DNA of 64,000 nt from Geminicoccaceae bacterium (GCA_046349395.1 JAXMCK010000004.1:748173-812172); one strand, 5' to 3'; positions 1-10,107 are shown, counted from the stretch's first letter. Made by a program: numbers and translations. The notes: generated by a model not told the origin, from the letters alone.

Positions 1-1
1 C

Positions 2-2170
2 TTCGTCTACACCATCGTGAAGCATCGCGACCCGGCCCGGATTTACGAAATCTACTTGATGAAGAACCTGACAGGCTTCGACCGGCGAGCCTGGCGGACC
101 GGCTTCACGAACTACCGCTTCGCCATCCCGAGCCTCGCCGGCGGCACCGGCAAGGCGATCTACAACGACGTCGACCAGATCTATTTCGTCGATCCGGCGC
201 TGCTGTTCGACCTCGACCTCGGCGATCACGGCTATCTCGCCATCTCGGCGAAGGACACGTCGGTCATGCTGATCGACTGTACGAAGATGCTGCCGATCTG
301 GAACCGCGAGCGGGCCTCGCACGCACCCAAGCACGAACTGACGAACAAGCCCGCCGACACCCCGGGCTTGTGGGGGCTTCTCGACGGCCACTGGAACGCG
401 CGCGACCTCGAATATGTCGAGGGCCGCACGATGTGCCTGCACTATACGGCCCTGCACCAGCAGCCCTGGCACCCCTTCCCCGGCGCCTTCTCCTACCACC
501 CGAACCCGCTGGCCTATCTGTTCTACGACCTCGAGCGCGAGGCCGACGCGGAAGGCTTCCGCATGTTCGACCGCGAGCGGCCGAGCCCCGGCTTCGACGC
601 GTTGCTGGGCAGCAACCGGCCGCTTGCGACGCCGAAGTCCGCCCCGCTCGACGAGGGTACGCAGCGCCTGCTGGAGGCCATCGGCACGTGGAACGTCACC
701 TACGCCGCGCTCGGTGCGGCACTCGATGCGAAGCTGCCCTTCGCGGCGACGCGGGTCGACCTCGCGCGGAGCCGGGGCCGCCTGCCCGAAGGCAAGGCCG
801 ATGCGGTGATCGCCGCCGGCGTGTTCGAGACGGTGCCGGGTGCCGATATCGAGTGGATCATGGACGAGCTGTTCGCGCACGCGAACAAGGCGGTGGTGGT
901 CAGCATCACCGCCCAGCCCGAGGGTTGGCTCGGCAGTGCCGACTGGTGGCTGCGACGGATCAAGGAGAGCGCCCAGCGCCATCCCGGAATCAGCTGGCGG
1001 CTCGAGGTCGGCGAGCCGCAGGCGACGGGCTCCATCTATGTCCGTGCCACCGAGGTGCGTGCCGTGACGCCGCCCGCGACGCCGCGGGTGTGGGTCGTCA
1101 CCGGCGGCGAGGCAGCGCGCGATGCCGACGCCACGGCCCTCGCGGCAGCCCTGGGCTGGCCGTTCGAGGTGAAGGCGATGGTCTATGGCGGGCTGTCGAT
1201 CCTGCCGAACGCCGTCATCGGCGCCTCGCTGGGCGGCGTGGACAAGGGCGCCTCACCCACGCTGGAGGCACCCTGGCCCGATCTCGTCATCACCTCCGGC
1301 CGCAAGGCGGTGCCGGTCGCCCGCTGGATCCTGGCCCGGGCCGGCAAGCCGGTGAAGCTCGTGCAGCTGGGCCGGCCGGCGGCACCCTTCGACCTGTTCG
1401 ACCTGATCGTGGCACCACCCGAGGAGAAGCTTCCGGAGCGGCCGAACGTCCTGCAGACGCAGGGCCCGCTCGGTGCCGCCGCGATCTCCGCCCGCGGCAC
1501 GTTGCCTGAGGCCGTCGCCAGGCTGCCCCGGCCGCTGACGGCGGTCTTCGTGAGCGAGACCATCGGCCCCTACACGCTGGGCACGGCCGACGCCCACAAG
1601 GTGGGCAGGACCGGTGCCGAGAACGGCGGGTCGGTCGTGGTGTGCGCCGACCAGAGCGTCACCTCGACGACGCTCGATGCGGTACGTGCGGGCGTCGGCG
1701 GTCCGGTCGAGGTCGTGCGCACGCCGACGAGGGAAGACGGGGACGTGCGTGCGGCCCTGCTGGCGGCGGCCGACCGGCTCGTGGTGACGGCGGGCGACAC
1801 GACGACTCTGCTGGCAGCCTCTACCACGGGCAAGCCGGTCACGCTCTACGACCTGCCGCGCTGGTACGAGGCAGCACCCGTGCTGGGCGGGATCGTGAAG
1901 GCCCTGCAGCCGCTCCTGGCCGGCAAGACCTATCGCGGCACGCCGCTGCAGCAGCACATCCCCGGCCGGTTCATCGACTGGCTGGCGACGCGCGGCCTGC
2001 AGCTCCGTCCGCGCAGCCTGGACGAGTTGCACCGCTCGCTGGAGGCCCGGGGTGTGGTCGTGCGCGCCGGGACGAAGGAGCGGGTCGCGCAGCCGAAGCC
2101 GCTGGATGATGCCGCGAGGGTGGCGGCACGCATCCGCCGGATTATGACGGAGCTGCCACAAGCGGGCTAG
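2..2170 (+). CDS. Two-domain putative glycosyltransferase, 5' end outside the window (GT8-like N-terminal part fused to an ELM1/DUF1022-like C-terminal part)
   Basis: The frame is open from base 2 (FVYTIVKHRD...), so the listed GTG at 17 is probably internal. The N-terminal ~190 aa (NDVDQIYFVD, HYTALHQQPWHPF) looks like a retaining GT8-type fold. Residues from about 350 (VWVVTGGEAA...SGRKAVPVARW) resemble the ELM1/DUF1022 family by eye. Confidence 0.55.
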   Translation, partial: FVYTIVKHRDPARIYEIYLMKNLTGFDRRAWRTGFTNYRFAIPSLAGGTGKAIYNDVDQIYFVDPALLFDLDLGDHGYLAISAKDTSVMLIDCTKMLPIWNRERASHAPKHELTNKPADTPGLWGLLDGHWNARDLEYVEGRTMCLHYTALHQQPWHPFPGAFSYHPNPLAYLFYDLEREADAEGFRMFDRERPSPGFDALLGSNRPLATPKSAPLDEGTQRLLEAIGTWNVTYAALGAALDAKLPFAATRVDLARSRGRLPEGKADAVIAAGVFETVPGADIEWIMDELFAHANKAVVVSITAQPEGWLGSADWWLRRIKESAQRHPGISWRLEVGEPQATGSIYVRATEVRAVTPPATPRVWVVTGGEAARDADATALAAALGWPFEVKAMVYGGLSILPNAVIGASLGGVDKGASPTLEAPWPDLVITSGRKAVPVARWILARAGKPVKLVQLGRPAAPFDLFDLIVAPPEEKLPERPNVLQTQGPLGAAAISARGTLPEAVARLPRPLTAVFVSETIGPYTLGTADAHKVGRTGAENGGSVVVCADQSVTSTTLDAVRAGVGGPVEVVRTPTREDGDVRAALLAAADRLVVTAGDTTTLLAASTTGKPVTLYDLPRWYEAAPVLGGIVKALQPLLAGKTYRGTPLQQHIPGRFIDWLATRGLQLRPRSLDELHRSLEARGVVVRAGTKERVAQPKPLDDAARVAARIRRIMTELPQAG

Positions 2171-2285
2171 CTTGTCGCATCGGCGGCAAGTCGCGGCGGT
2201 TGTCGCGGCGCGCCCGCCTGCCTACCTTCCGGGGTCAGAGGGAAACGATCCTCTCTGACCCCTATCCTTTCGAGGTCTTCTCTCG

Positions 2286-3047
2286 ATGCCCCAGCTTTTC
2301 GGGACCTGGTCGGGCCAGAAATATTTCCTGGACAAGATGACCTATCGCGATCTCGTGGTCGCGTTCTTCACCCACTATTCGATCCAGGTCTACCTGCTGG
2401 TCGCGGCACTGGCGATCCTGGCCACGGTCTGGCTGGCGGGTGGCTGGCAGGGTCCGCTGCTGACGGTGGCGGTGGTGCTCGTCGTCTATCCCTTCGCCGA
2501 GTATGTGCTGCACCGCTTCGTGCTGCACGCCCGCTTCCTCTACAAGAGCCCGTACACGGCGAAGGTGTGGAAGCGGATCCACTACGACCACCACCAGAAC
2601 CCACACGATCTCTCGGTCCTGTTCGGGGCCCTCTACACGACCCTGCCGGCCATCGCGCTGGTCTCGATGCCGGTCGGCTGGCTGGTTGCCGGTGCCGCCG
2701 GTGCGACGACGGCGCTGGCGACGGCGGTGATCGTGTTCAGCGTCTACGAGTGGTGCCACTGCGTGCAGCATCTGCCCGTGACGCCGAAGAACACGTGGCT
2801 GCGCGAGATCAAGCGCCGCCACCTCGCCCATCACTTCCACAGCGAGAAGGGCAATTACGGCATCACGTCGGGCTTGTGGGACCGGATCCTCGGCACCTTC
2901 TACGCCGTGCCGAAGGACATGCCGCGCAGCGTGACGGCCTTCAATCTCGGCTACACCGAGGACGAGCGTCGCCGCTATCCCTGGGTCGCCGATCTCTCAG
3001 CCAGCGAGGACGAGTACGCGGTGCGTCGTCACCGTCGGGTCGCCTGA
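2286..3047 (+). CDS. Fatty acid hydroxylase / sterol desaturase family membrane protein
   Basis: Multi-TM protein with the di-iron histidine boxes HRFVLH, HYDHH and HLAHHFH, typical of the FA_hydroxylase superfamily. Confidence 0.75.
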   Translation: MPQLFGTWSGQKYFLDKMTYRDLVVAFFTHYSIQVYLLVAALAILATVWLAGGWQGPLLTVAVVLVVYPFAEYVLHRFVLHARFLYKSPYTAKVWKRIHYDHHQNPHDLSVLFGALYTTLPAIALVSMPVGWLVAGAAGATTALATAVIVFSVYEWCHCVQHLPVTPKNTWLREIKRRHLAHHFHSEKGNYGITSGLWDRILGTFYAVPKDMPRSVTAFNLGYTEDERRRYPWVADLSASEDEYAVRRHRRVA

Positions 3048-3075
3048 CGGGCGACGGCCTGCTACAAGGCGGCCA

Positions 3076-4215
3076 ATGTCCGCCGTCACCATCACCCAGG
3101 TGGCCTCGAAGGGCGATCTCCGCCACTTCCTGACCATGCCGGCAGCGCTCTATGCGGACGACCCCAATTGGGTCCACCCGCTCGTCATGGAGCGGATGGA
3201 CCATCTGAACGCGGCCAAGAACCCGTTCCTCGACGGCATCGACATCGCCTACTTCCTGGCCTGGCGCGATGGCCGCTGCGTCGGCCGGATCAGTGCCCAG
3301 CACGACCGCCCGCATCTCGAGCGGCACAAGGATGCGACCGGCCATTTCGGCTTTTTCGAGGCCGAGGACGATGCCGAGGTCGTCGCCACGTTGCTGCACA
3401 CGGTCGAGGCCTGGCTGCGCGAGCGGGGGCTGCGGCGGCTGACGGGTCCCTTCAGCGTCTCCATCAACGACGAGAGCGGCCTGCTGATCGACGGCTTCGA
3501 CACGCCGCCCAACATGATGATGGGACACCACCGGCGCTACTACGGACCGCGGCTGGAGGAGCAGGGCCTCGTCCCGATCAAGGACCTCATCTGCTACGAC
3601 TTCGACCTGCAGGCCGACTGGCCGCCCAAGGCAAAGCGGATGCTCGACCGGATGCGCAAGCTGCCGGGGCTCCGCGTGCGGCGCATCGACTTCAAGAACC
3701 TCGATGCCGAGCTCGAGCTGCTACGCGACATCTTCAACGACGCCTGGGCGAACAACTGGGGTTTCGTGCCGTTCACGGCGGCGCAGATGCGCTACCTCGG
3801 CAGGAGCATCAAGCCGCTGATCAGCCCGGACTGGATCAGCATCGCCGAGCTCGACGGCGAGCCCGTGGCGATGGTCGTGACCCTGCCCGACCTCAACGAG
3901 GCTATCCGCGACCTGAACGGGCGCCTGCTGCCCTTCGGCTGGGCAAAGCTGCTCTGGCGGCTCAAGGTGAAGGGCGTCTCCACCGGCCGCATGCCGCTGA
4001 TGGGCGTGCGTCGCCGGTTCCACGACAGCCCGAAGGGTGCCGCCCTCGCCCTTTCGGTCATCGAGGCGGCCCGCGATTTCCACGCCGCCCAGGGGCGCAA
4101 GCACGGCGAGCTGTCCTGGGTGCTGGCCGACAACCGGCGCATGCGGGACATCATCGAGGCCGTGGGCGGCGTGCCCAACAAGACCTATCGCGTCTACGAG
4201 AAGGCGATCGCCTGA
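3076..4215 (+). CDS. Large GNAT-like acyltransferase (candidate bacterial ceramide synthase by context)
   Basis: 379 aa with the N-terminal motif FLTMPAALYADDPNWVHPL, seen in a conserved alphaproteobacterial N-acyltransferase family. The functional suggestion rests on clustering with spt/acp/reductase/ligase. Confidence 0.55.
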   Translation: MSAVTITQVASKGDLRHFLTMPAALYADDPNWVHPLVMERMDHLNAAKNPFLDGIDIAYFLAWRDGRCVGRISAQHDRPHLERHKDATGHFGFFEAEDDAEVVATLLHTVEAWLRERGLRRLTGPFSVSINDESGLLIDGFDTPPNMMMGHHRRYYGPRLEEQGLVPIKDLICYDFDLQADWPPKAKRMLDRMRKLPGLRVRRIDFKNLDAELELLRDIFNDAWANNWGFVPFTAAQMRYLGRSIKPLISPDWISIAELDGEPVAMVVTLPDLNEAIRDLNGRLLPFGWAKLLWRLKVKGVSTGRMPLMGVRRRFHDSPKGAALALSVIEAARDFHAAQGRKHGELSWVLADNRRMRDIIEAVGGVPNKTYRVYEKAIA

Positions 4216-4979
4216 TGGCGGCGTTCACGGCCCTCGTCCTGGCCGGCAGCCGACGCGGGGAGACCGACAGCGTCGCGATGCACGCGGGTGTCAAGCACAA
4301 GAGCTTGGCGCCCGCCGGCGGCGTGCCGATGCTGACCCGCGTGGTCGACAGCCTGCGCCAGAGCCCCAGCGTCGGGCGCATCCTGGTCTGTGCCGAGGAC
4401 CGTGGACTTGTCACCACGGCCGCACCGGGCACCGACTTCTTCCCGGCCGAGGGCTCGCCCAGCCGCAGCGTCGGCTCGGCACTCCGGTCGGTGACACCTC
4501 CCCTTCTGGTCACCACCTCCGATCACGCCCTGCTGACCCCGGCGATGGTCGAGACCTTCTGTACCGCTGCCAGCGCCTCGGGTGCCGACGTCGCCGCCGG
4601 TGTCGCCGCCTCGGCCACGATCCGCGCCGCCTATCCCGATGCGGTGCGGACCTTCTGGCGCTTCCGCGACGAGGCCTATTCGGGTGCCAACCTGTTCGCC
4701 CTGATGTCGAAGGGTGCCGAGCCTGCCGTCTCGTTCTGGCGGCGTGCCGAAGACGAGCGCAAGCGCCCGTGGCGCATCGTTCGCATTCTCGGCGTCGACA
4801 ATCTGCTGCTCTATCTCTGCCGGCTGCTGACGCTGCAGCAGGCGTTCGCCCGGCTGTCGCGCCGGCTGAAGGTGAGGATCGCCCCCATCGTGCTGCCCTT
4901 CGCGGAGGCCGCCATCGACGTCGACAAGCCCACCGACCTCGATCTCGCCAACTCGATCCTGGCCCGGCGGGCCGCCTGA
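4215..4979 (+). CDS. MobA-like nucleotidyltransferase family protein
   Basis: The ATG at 4215 overlaps the upstream TGA (TGATG). The N-terminus ALVLAGSRRG...LAPAGGVPML is the NTP-transferase G-rich loop. It occupies the distal part of the 3168..4979 ORF; the upstream part of that ORF is a shadow of the GNAT gene. Confidence 0.6.
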   Translation: MAAFTALVLAGSRRGETDSVAMHAGVKHKSLAPAGGVPMLTRVVDSLRQSPSVGRILVCAEDRGLVTTAAPGTDFFPAEGSPSRSVGSALRSVTPPLLVTTSDHALLTPAMVETFCTAASASGADVAAGVAASATIRAAYPDAVRTFWRFRDEAYSGANLFALMSKGAEPAVSFWRRAEDERKRPWRIVRILGVDNLLLYLCRLLTLQQAFARLSRRLKVRIAPIVLPFAEAAIDVDKPTDLDLANSILARRAA

Positions 4980-4987
4980 GGCAGCTC

Positions 4988-5932
4988 TTGTTCCGCCTCG
5001 CCCATCTCACCGACCTTCATCTGGGCCCCATGCCCAGGGCGGCCCCGCGCGAGCTCTTCAATCAGCGTGTGCTGGGCTATCTTTCCTGGCGGCGGCGCCG
5101 TTACCGCGTCCACCGGCGCGAGGTGCTGGATGCGCTCGTCGCCGACCTGCGCGAGCAGTCGCCCTCGCACGTCGCCGTCACCGGCGATCTCGTGAACATC
5201 TCCCTGCCGGCAGAGTTCGTGCAGGCAAGGGTGTGGCTCGACGAGCTCGGCAGCCCGGACTGGGTCACTGTCGTGCCGGGCAACCATGACGCCTACATCA
5301 CGGTCCGCTGGAACGACGCCCTGCGCAACTGGGCCGAGTACATGTGCGGGGACGACGGCGATCCCGGGCACGAGAGCCGCTACTTCCCGTTCCTGCGCCG
5401 CCGCGGCGACGTGGCGCTGATCGGCCTCTCGACCGCGATCGCCACACCGCCCACCTTCGCCACCGGCCGCCTCGGGCCGTCGCAGCTCGCCTCGCTGGAG
5501 CGGATGCTGGCGAACCTCGAGGGCAGCGGGCTCTGCCGGGTCGTGCTGCTGCACCACCCTCCTGTGCCGACCATGACGGACTATCGCCGTAGGCTGGTCG
5601 ACGACGAGGCGTTCTGCGCCCTGATCCGCCGGCATCCGGTCGAGCTCGTGCTCTGCGGACATCAGCACATCTTCCAGCTCGGCGAGATCAGGACCGCAGC
5701 CGGCAGCGTTCCCGTCGTCGGAGGGCCCTCCGCCTCGCTGCACGGAGGCGATCGCAACTACGAGGGAGGCTATCTTCTGTTCGACTTGGAACGCCTGCGG
5801 GACATCTGGCAGATCCGCCTGGAACTGCGCCGCTATGACGGGGCGACCGGCAGGTTCGGCTCCGTGTTGACCCGGCAACTCGGCGAGCGGACGGCGGGCA
5901 AGCCCGCCCTCGCGACGGCCGGCACGGCCTGA
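4988..5932 (+). CDS. Metallophosphoesterase (calcineurin-like)
   Basis: Motifs HLTDLHLG, TGDLVN, GNHD and LLHHPP...CGHQH are present. The start is assigned to the in-frame TTG at 4988 just before the first motif. The start is uncertain. Confidence 0.7.
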   Translation: MFRLAHLTDLHLGPMPRAAPRELFNQRVLGYLSWRRRRYRVHRREVLDALVADLREQSPSHVAVTGDLVNISLPAEFVQARVWLDELGSPDWVTVVPGNHDAYITVRWNDALRNWAEYMCGDDGDPGHESRYFPFLRRRGDVALIGLSTAIATPPTFATGRLGPSQLASLERMLANLEGSGLCRVVLLHHPPVPTMTDYRRRLVDDEAFCALIRRHPVELVLCGHQHIFQLGEIRTAAGSVPVVGGPSASLHGGDRNYEGGYLLFDLERLRDIWQIRLELRRYDGATGRFGSVLTRQLGERTAGKPALATAGTA

Positions 5933-5958
5933 CGATCTACCGGCGCCGGGCGAAAGAG

Positions 5959-7134
5959 ATGTCGACCTACAGCCGCTATCTCCTGGGTCTCGTCGCCAGG
6001 CCCATGCTGACGACGATCCTGGTCGCACTGGTGGCTCTGCTCGCCGAGCGCATGCTGCGGGTGGTCGATCTGGTCGTCGACTGGCGCGGCAACCTCACGC
6101 TCGTCTTCGAGATGCTGGGTTACCTCGTCCCGCACTATATGGGGCTGGCGCTTCCGGTCGCGTTCTTCCTCGGCATCCTGCTCACCTTCTCCAGGCTGTC
6201 GAAGGAAGGCGAGCTGTCGGCGATGTACGCCTCGGGCGTGGGCCTCGTGCAGCTCGTCCGCCCGCTCGTGGTCGCCGGCTTCGTGCTGGCGCTGGCGACG
6301 GGTATCCTGATGAGCCACATCCAGCCCTATGCCCGCTATGCCTACCGGGCGGCGGTGAACATCCTGACCAGCGCCTCCTTCCAGCAGCTGCTGCAGGACG
6401 GGATCTTCACGACGGTCGGCCGGGCCACCTACATGGTCGACAAGCTCTCCGCCGACAAACACGGGCTCAACGGCGTCTTCATCCATTCGCTGGAGGCGAA
6501 CGGCGACTCGGCGACGATTACCGCCAAGACCGGCACGATCGACCAGCAGGCGCAGACCGACCCCCTGCTCCTGCACCTGCAGAACGGCGTGCAGCAGCTG
6601 CTGCAGCCGTCGGGTGACGAGCTGGTCGTGCGCTTCCGCAACTTCGAGACGACGTTCCGCGGTGCCGACGCCATGGGCGCACGCGGCACCAACGAGCGCG
6701 AGATGACCCTACCGGAGCTGTGGTCCATTCGCGACGAGGAGCTCCCGCCGGGCGTCGAACGGTCAGAGGTCACGGCCGAGCTGGACGGGCGCCTCGCCCG
6801 CATCCTGGCCCTTCCCGTCCTGCCCTTCCTGGCGGTGCCGCTGGCGATCGGCGGGCAACGCGGGCAGCGCTCCTACGGGCTCGTGATCGGCCTCGCCCTG
6901 CTCGTCGCCTTCCACCACGCGCTGCAGCTCGGCGAGTCGATGGTGGACGACGGCAAGATCCCCGCCCTGCTCGGAATCTGGCTGCCGTTCGGCGTGCTCT
7001 GCCTGTTCGCGATCGGCCTGTTCTTCCGCGCCGCGACACGGGTACCGGATCCGCGGCGCTGGTCGAGGGTCGACCGGGTCGTCGACGCCGTCGTCGCCCT
7101 CCTCCGTCGCCTCCGGCCGACGCCGGCGACATGA
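5959..7134 (+). CDS. lptF: LPS export ABC transporter permease LptF
   Basis: LptF/LptG (YjgP/YjgQ) family. It has the N-terminal YLL...L..L..ER signature, six TM segments and a periplasmic insert, and sits first in a coupled pair. Confidence 0.75.
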   Translation: MSTYSRYLLGLVARPMLTTILVALVALLAERMLRVVDLVVDWRGNLTLVFEMLGYLVPHYMGLALPVAFFLGILLTFSRLSKEGELSAMYASGVGLVQLVRPLVVAGFVLALATGILMSHIQPYARYAYRAAVNILTSASFQQLLQDGIFTTVGRATYMVDKLSADKHGLNGVFIHSLEANGDSATITAKTGTIDQQAQTDPLLLHLQNGVQQLLQPSGDELVVRFRNFETTFRGADAMGARGTNEREMTLPELWSIRDEELPPGVERSEVTAELDGRLARILALPVLPFLAVPLAIGGQRGQRSYGLVIGLALLVAFHHALQLGESMVDDGKIPALLGIWLPFGVLCLFAIGLFFRAATRVPDPRRWSRVDRVVDAVVALLRRLRPTPAT

Positions 7135-8234
7135 GCGTCATCGGCCGCTACCTGAACCGCATGTTCTTCGCCCGGCTGGCCGTCGTGGGCTTCGCCGTGC
7201 TGGGCTTCGCCACCGTGCTGGACCTCGTCGACGTCGTCGACGACCTCGCCGTCTCGCCGGACGGGCCGCTGCTCGCCGGCCTGCGCTACATCGCCCTGCG
7301 GCTGCCGTTGATGATCTCCGAACTGCTGCCGATCTGCGCCCTCGTGGCGGGCCTGCTCATGGTGGGCGACCTGATGCGGCACCGCGAGCTCGCGGTGCTC
7401 TGGGGCTCGGGCATCACGCCGTTCCAGCTCATGAGCTTTCTGGTCCCGGCGATCCTGATCCTGATCGGCCTACGCCTCGTGGTCGAGGACCGTGCGGTGC
7501 CCTATGCCGCGCAGCAGCTGCGGGCCTGGGGTATCGGCGACTTCAAGCACCATGCCGAGGAGGGCGAGGCCGGCGGCTTCTACTGGCTGCGCAACGGCAA
7601 CGACGTGATCCGGCTGTCGGCGAACGCCGTTTCCGCTGGCGAACTGGTGGAGCTGACCATCTTCGACCGCGACCAGGAGGGCCTTCTCCTCGAGCGCATC
7701 GATGCGAAGGAGGCACAGGCCGTTCCCGACGGCATCGTGCTGATCGACGTGGTCCGTCGCACGGTGGGAGCCGGCCGGGCGGAGAAGCTCGACCAGCTGT
7801 TCTGGCCGGCACCGATCGACGTCAATCGCGTCGCCCTGCTGGCACGCCCCGCACGCGAGCTCAGCCTCGGCGAGCTGGTCGAGGTGCTGCGCGCGGGGGC
7901 TTACGGCATGCGGGCCGACGAGCCCTATGCCACCTGGCTGCACCTGCGGATCGCCGGCTCGCTGGTGCCGCCGCTGCTGCTGCTCGTGGCGGTAGGCCTC
8001 GCCCGGCGGTTCGAGCGCACGGGCAGCATCGCTCCGGTGTTCGTCACGGCGGTGGCGACCGGCTTCACCTTCCTCATCCTGGGCGGCGTGCTCAGCGCGC
8101 TCGGTGAGGTCGGTATCGTGCCACCCGTTCTCGCGGCCTGGCTGCCGACGCTGGGACTGGCGGTCCTCGTCTTCTTCCTGGCCCAGGGGCGGCATCGCCT
8201 GCGCGCGGTGCCCGCCACCTGGCGGACGGCATGA
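7131..8234 (+). CDS. lptG: LPS export ABC transporter permease LptG
   Basis: The ATG at 7131 overlaps the lptF stop (ATGA). The sequence IGRYLNRMFFARL...LRLPLMISELLPI is typical of the LptF/G family. Confidence 0.75.
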   Translation: MSVIGRYLNRMFFARLAVVGFAVLGFATVLDLVDVVDDLAVSPDGPLLAGLRYIALRLPLMISELLPICALVAGLLMVGDLMRHRELAVLWGSGITPFQLMSFLVPAILILIGLRLVVEDRAVPYAAQQLRAWGIGDFKHHAEEGEAGGFYWLRNGNDVIRLSANAVSAGELVELTIFDRDQEGLLLERIDAKEAQAVPDGIVLIDVVRRTVGAGRAEKLDQLFWPAPIDVNRVALLARPARELSLGELVEVLRAGAYGMRADEPYATWLHLRIAGSLVPPLLLLVAVGLARRFERTGSIAPVFVTAVATGFTFLILGGVLSALGEVGIVPPVLAAWLPTLGLAVLVFFLAQGRHRLRAVPATWRTA

Positions 8235-9199
8235 GCCACGTCCACGGTCGCATCGGCCTGATCAGCAATCCGAAGAGTGGCGGCTATGTCCGCTCGCGGG
8301 CGGCACTCGACCGGCTGCTGCCGGGCATGCCGGAGATCCTGGATCGCGAGCTGACCTCCGACAGCGCGCTGCCGGACCTCATGGACGACCTCGCCGCGGC
8401 GGGCATCGAGGTGCTGATCGTGAACGGAGGCGACGGGACCGCCATGCGCATCCTCTCGGCACTGTTCGAAAGCAGGGCCTTCACCACCCTCCCGGCGGTG
8501 GCCCTGCTGCAGGGCGGCACGGCCAACATGACGGCGGCCGATCTCGGCGCCCGCGGCGCCCCGGCCCGTGCGGTGGTTCGCATCCTGGAGCGGCTGCGCT
8601 CCGGCAAGCTGCAGGAGCACCTCATCGATCGCCCGGTGCTGAAGGTCGACAATATCCTGTCCCATGCCCCGATGCGGGGCTTCTTCTTCGGTCTCGCCGG
8701 CATCGTCGACTCGATCCGGCTCTGTGCGACCGATTTCATCAGCCGCGGCATCGGGGGCGAGATCGCCCATTTCGGCACGCTTCTCACCTTCCTGACCCGG
8801 GCGGCGGTGCGCGGACCGGCCAATGCCGGCATCGGCGGCCTTGAAGTCGAGGTGCGGTTTCCGGACGCTCCGGGCTTCGCCGGCCAGCAACTCCTACTTT
8901 TCGCCAGCACGCTGGACCGGCTGGTGCTGCGCTCGAAGCCCTTCTGGGGCGAGGGCGACGGACCGGTCCACCTGACCTCCGTCGCCCAGGGCGCCCCGCG
9001 CCCGCTGCTCGCCGTGCCGCGGGCCCTGCTGGGTCTGGGTAGGGGTCTGCCCAGGAAGCACTATCGCAGCGTGCGCACCGTGCGCGCCGAGCTTCGCTTC
9101 GACGGACCCTTCACGATCGACGGCGAGTTCTTCCATGCCGGCGCCGGCCGGCCCCTGATCGTCAGCGCCGATGAGCGCCTCCGCTTCGTCCATTTCTGA
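8231..9199 (+). CDS. Diacylglycerol-kinase-like lipid kinase (candidate ceramide kinase by context)
   Basis: DAGK catalytic-domain signature LISNPKSGG...VNGGDGT. The start overlaps the lptG stop. Confidence 0.7.
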   Translation: MSHVHGRIGLISNPKSGGYVRSRAALDRLLPGMPEILDRELTSDSALPDLMDDLAAAGIEVLIVNGGDGTAMRILSALFESRAFTTLPAVALLQGGTANMTAADLGARGAPARAVVRILERLRSGKLQEHLIDRPVLKVDNILSHAPMRGFFFGLAGIVDSIRLCATDFISRGIGGEIAHFGTLLTFLTRAAVRGPANAGIGGLEVEVRFPDAPGFAGQQLLLFASTLDRLVLRSKPFWGEGDGPVHLTSVAQGAPRPLLAVPRALLGLGRGLPRKHYRSVRTVRAELRFDGPFTIDGEFFHAGAGRPLIVSADERLRFVHF

Positions 9200-10097
9200 G
9201 GCGGTGCCGCCGCTGGAGCGGCTGGTCGCCGTGGAGATGTTGCGACCGGTGTCGCAAGACGCTCACGCCTTAGCCGAGGCGGCACGGCTCCGGCACGGGC
9301 CGGCGGTGGCGGCCGTGCTCTTCTACGGCAGCTGCCTGCGCGAGGACCCGTCCGGCTCCGACCGGATGCTCGACCTCTATCTGCTCGTCGACAGCTATGC
9401 CCGGGTTGAGCCGCGGCCGCTCCTGGCGCGGCTGGCTCGACTGCTGCCGCCCAACGTCCACTATGTCGAGACACCGCTCGACGGGCGGACGGTCAGGGCC
9501 AAGTACGCGATCGTCGAGACGGACCAACTCACGCGGCTGGCGGCGGACGGTGCTGACGAGTCCTACTTCTGGGGTCGGTTCGCCCAACCGGTGCGGCTCG
9601 TCTGGTCGCGCGACGAGGCCGCCAGGGTAGCGGCAGAGACCATCGTCGCGACCTCCGTCCGCACCTTCCTCGGCGAGGCGCTACCCTTGCTGCCTCCGGG
9701 CGCGGGTTCGGACGAGGTCTGGGCGCACGCCCTTTCTCTCAGCTATGGCAGCGAGCTTCGCTCGGAACGTCCTGGCAAGGCGCAAGCCATCGTCGCGGCC
9801 GAGCCGGAGCGATATGCGGCGATGCTCGACGCCTATCGCGCCGAGGGTCACCCTGCTCTATCTGCGGCGGTCACCGCGGCCCGTTGGCGACGGCGCCGAC
9901 GGCGCGGCAAGCTGCGCTCGGTGCTGCGGCTGATGAAGGCGGCCTTCACCTTCGACGGCGGAGCGGACTATCTGGCATGGAAGATCGGCCGCCACTCGGG
10001 TGTGCGGATCGAGGTCACCGACTGGCAGCGCCGGCACCCGATACTGGCGGCACCCTTCCTCTATTTCCGGCTTTACCGGGCAGGTGCGTTCCGCTGA
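9171..10097 (+). CDS. Hypothetical protein, possible Tam41/Mmp37-like nucleotidyltransferase fold
   Basis: FYGSCLRE..(9)..MLDLYLLVD followed by PPNVHYVETPLDGRTVRAKYAIVETDQL resembles by eye the Tam41 pattern YGSGVF...MIDFIF.V ... G..IKYGVV..DDL. The start is uncertain because it overlaps the upstream gene by 29 nt. Confidence 0.45.
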   Translation: MSASASSISEAVPPLERLVAVEMLRPVSQDAHALAEAARLRHGPAVAAVLFYGSCLREDPSGSDRMLDLYLLVDSYARVEPRPLLARLARLLPPNVHYVETPLDGRTVRAKYAIVETDQLTRLAADGADESYFWGRFAQPVRLVWSRDEAARVAAETIVATSVRTFLGEALPLLPPGAGSDEVWAHALSLSYGSELRSERPGKAQAIVAAEPERYAAMLDAYRAEGHPALSAAVTAARWRRRRRRGKLRSVLRLMKAAFTFDGGADYLAWKIGRHSGVRIEVTDWQRRHPILAAPFLYFRLYRAGAFR

Positions 10098-10107
10098 GCG
10101 CGACCGC

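Noticed and set aside
3168-4987. N-terminal extensions of the long ORFs 3168..4979 and 4037..5932
   Set aside because: The upstream portions overlap the GNAT and nucleotidyltransferase genes out of frame and are Arg/Pro-rich. Family motifs begin only at 4215 and about 4988 respectively.
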